Source: an uncultured bacterium
Lineage (GTDB): Bacteria; Lernaellota; Lernaellaia; Lernaellales; Lernaellaceae
Length of the DNA: 17,054 nucleotides
Assembly: GCA_964534375.1 (NCBI GenBank)
Contig: CAZHPN010000137.1
Coordinates: 1-17,054 of the forward strand
Reading direction: 5' to 3'
Shown: positions 16,301-17,054 of the stretch, in pieces
Numbering within the stretch: the first letter of the stretch is position 1
Layout of the letters: each line of letters begins with the position of its first letter
Notes under the pieces: generated by a model
Database searches by the model: none
Seen by the model: the letters and a program-made list of their open reading frames with translations, nothing else
Told to the model about the DNA's origin: nothing
Program-made: the position numbers and the translations under genes

Positions 16301-16620
16301 CCCGCCTCCTTGTAACTATCATCGCGCTTGAGCTTGTGGGCGACGAAATCGCGCAGGGCCGTACGGGTGCGTTCCAGTTTGTAGGATTCGGTGAGATTGA
16401 CGATGAGCACGTCGGCCTTCTCGTTCTCAGGCGTCGTAAAAGTGCCGATCCGTTGGCAGGATTTTACATGCGGGGCGAATGCGTCCGGCACTTGCATCGT
16501 CTGCGCTTTGGATTCGTCGAACCCGTTGCAAAGTTCGTTAATGAAATCGCGGTAGCGTTTTCGATCAAACGACGTTTGGAAGGTGTCGCAGACGATGCGT
16601 TGGGCCGTGGATTTGTCCAT
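13330..16620 (-). CDS. Eco57I-like type IIG restriction-modification protein / N6-adenine DNA methyltransferase with TaqI-like target recognition domain
   Basis: Motif I 'CDPAIGSGAF', 'YGVDID..AVEIAKLRLWL', motif IV 'FDVLMGNPPY', 'IPFLNGGLF', and a C-terminal TRD 'LLGVLNSKVLWYF...ID..VY.IYGLT..EI'. Confidence 0.92.
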   Translation of the reverse strand: MDKSTAQRIVCDTFQTSFDRKRYRDFINELCNGFDESKAQTMQVPDAFAPHVKSCQRIGTFTTPENEKADVLIVNLTESYKLERTRTALRDFVAHKLKRDDSYKEAGLVAFVAPDSQSWRFSYVRMEYETKRDPKTGKIKPEERLTPARRYSYLVGADEKCHTAQSRFLALLQNTSDVPVLAQIEEAFSVESVTKEFFNEYARLFATALDALEALVKKNAVLRADFKAKGVSTVDFTKKLLGQIVFLYFIQKKGWLGVAKGGKWGEGPRNFLRLLADRATREKKCFFSDTLEPLFYDTLATDRGHDAWCQTFQCRIPFLNGGLFEPLAGYDWKKTAINLPNTLFTNKYPSPAGDVGAGILDVFDRYNFTVNEAEPLEKDVAIDPEMLGKVFEKLIEENRRKGLGAFYTPREIVHYMCQESLINYLDTTLNKNGRIIQRVEVEALILEGEQAAHYETARKDGTASYIRRLPAAVEKYAGDLDDALKNITVCDPAIGSGAFPVGMMTEIVRARTALNPYFSGLSERTPYHFKRHAIQNSLYGVDIDAGAVEIAKLRLWLSLVVDEEDVQQIKPLPNLDFKIVTGDSLLGFPFQSQGLADIETLKEKYFDDSDHERKAKLKQLIDRRIENILAHSEKSLGHRVDFDYRLFFSEVFREKDGFDVLMGNPPYIRIQNIEPKYVQYLKPRYVAASGKFDIYVLFVEAAFAQMNKNGTVCLIHPHRFLTAGYGRGLKVFLDKSGGLKKAVLFGVEQVFETATTYTGIFFYSRNNSCFQFKYVTTKDFGAVKFAERKYEEDGRHWILATETAGSTDLVVKLKSQARPLTDIVKGIYQGIVTVGDDIFVLRGERKGKTYVGYSAAANAEVEVEASLVKPLVKGEHIRRYGKLTSDIVIIYPHHLDKRGKTVPYTEAEMKAAFPLAYAYFKPFKKHLIEKKVKYKTNPKCWFSLHRSRDKRLFDGRKLITPQLQNMPHFTLDDQGWYPDAGGYSLVGCASRIGEEFLLGVLNSKVLWYFIKNTSNPYNNSYYYFQTKYLESFSVPVCSKNDEEEIAGLVRRVIECAASAERAQESWKLQATIDKHVYRIYGLTTGEIEIIEKAASW

Positions 16621-16632
16621 AGGGCAGTTCCT

Positions 16633-17052
16633 TTACGGAAGGTAGGATGAGAGGATGACTTCGCTGGGGGCGGCCGGCGCATCCTTTTCGGGTCTGGCGA
16701 CCCGGCCGACAAGGTACTGGCTGGCGACATCCCTGCGGAGAATGCGGACCATCCCGACCGGATCGTCGGTCGTGTCGAACGCCTCCTTGACCTTCCGAAT
16801 GGTATGCTTGCCGACTCGTCCATCGGCAATGATCTTTTCGACAGCAGCGGCGAATTTTCGATCCTCAGAATTGAGCGCATCGGATTGGCGAAAATTCCTC
16901 GCGCGCAGCCGTTTCAGGATGATCGCTTCGTTGCCGCTGCCGATGGCGGTTGCAGACAGCACCGTTTCAAGGCCGGGCGTCGTGGCGGATCGGAAGCCTT
17001 GCTTGTTCTTGTCCAGAAGCGGGTAGAACTTTTCGGGCGGGATTTCCTGCCG
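16633..17052 (-). CDS. Partial CDS (C-terminus), probably the large helicase-type partner of the methyltransferase
   Basis: The frame is open to the window edge (RQEIPPEKFYPLLDKNKQGF...EVILSSYLP) and ends 12 nt before the MTase ATG. The tail resembles helicases found upstream of such MTases, but no helicase motif lies inside the window. Confidence 0.5.
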   Translation of the reverse strand, partial: RQEIPPEKFYPLLDKNKQGFRSATTPGLETVLSATAIGSGNEAIILKRLRARNFRQSDALNSEDRKFAAAVEKIIADGRVGKHTIRKVKEAFDTTDDPVGMVRILRRDVASQYLVGRVARPEKDAPAAPSEVILSSYLP

Positions 17053-17054
17053 TT

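Overview
GC-rich window that looks like part of a prophage or other mobile element. This is inferred from gene content and layout, since no capsid, terminase or integrase gene is present. Four blocks are visible. (1) 1-4931, + strand: a tightly packed operon with a partial ORF, GT4 glycosyltransferase, LpxD-like acyltransferase, PIG-L/LmbE deacetylase, small membrane protein, PAPS-reductase-like PP-loop enzyme, frameshifted ParB-like gene and an unannotated 49-aa Lys/Gly-rich peptide, ending at a strong terminator. (2) 4930-8271, + strand: two lower-GC moron-like genes, each with its own sigma70-type promoter, encoding a membrane-anchored HerA/DUF87 ATPase and an orphan AbiGi-family protein (candidate defence genes). 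(3) 8395-13190, - strand: an early-type operon of small genes (including DUF488 and LPD29) under a near-consensus promoter with a ~470-nt structured leader. Its intergenic spacers hold a complete type II hammerhead ribozyme, three copies of a covarying RNA hairpin motif I do not recognise, and a terminator-like switch. Paired palindromic sites and a 19-bp tandem array lie at and upstream of the promoter. (4) 13330-17054, - strand: an Eco57I-like type IIG N6-adenine methyltransferase/RM gene preceded by the C-terminus of a probable helicase partner. The most notable signals are the RNA-element-punctuated early operon, the glycosylate/deacetylate/re-acylate and PP-loop/ParB/peptide modules, and the stand-alone TM-HerA.
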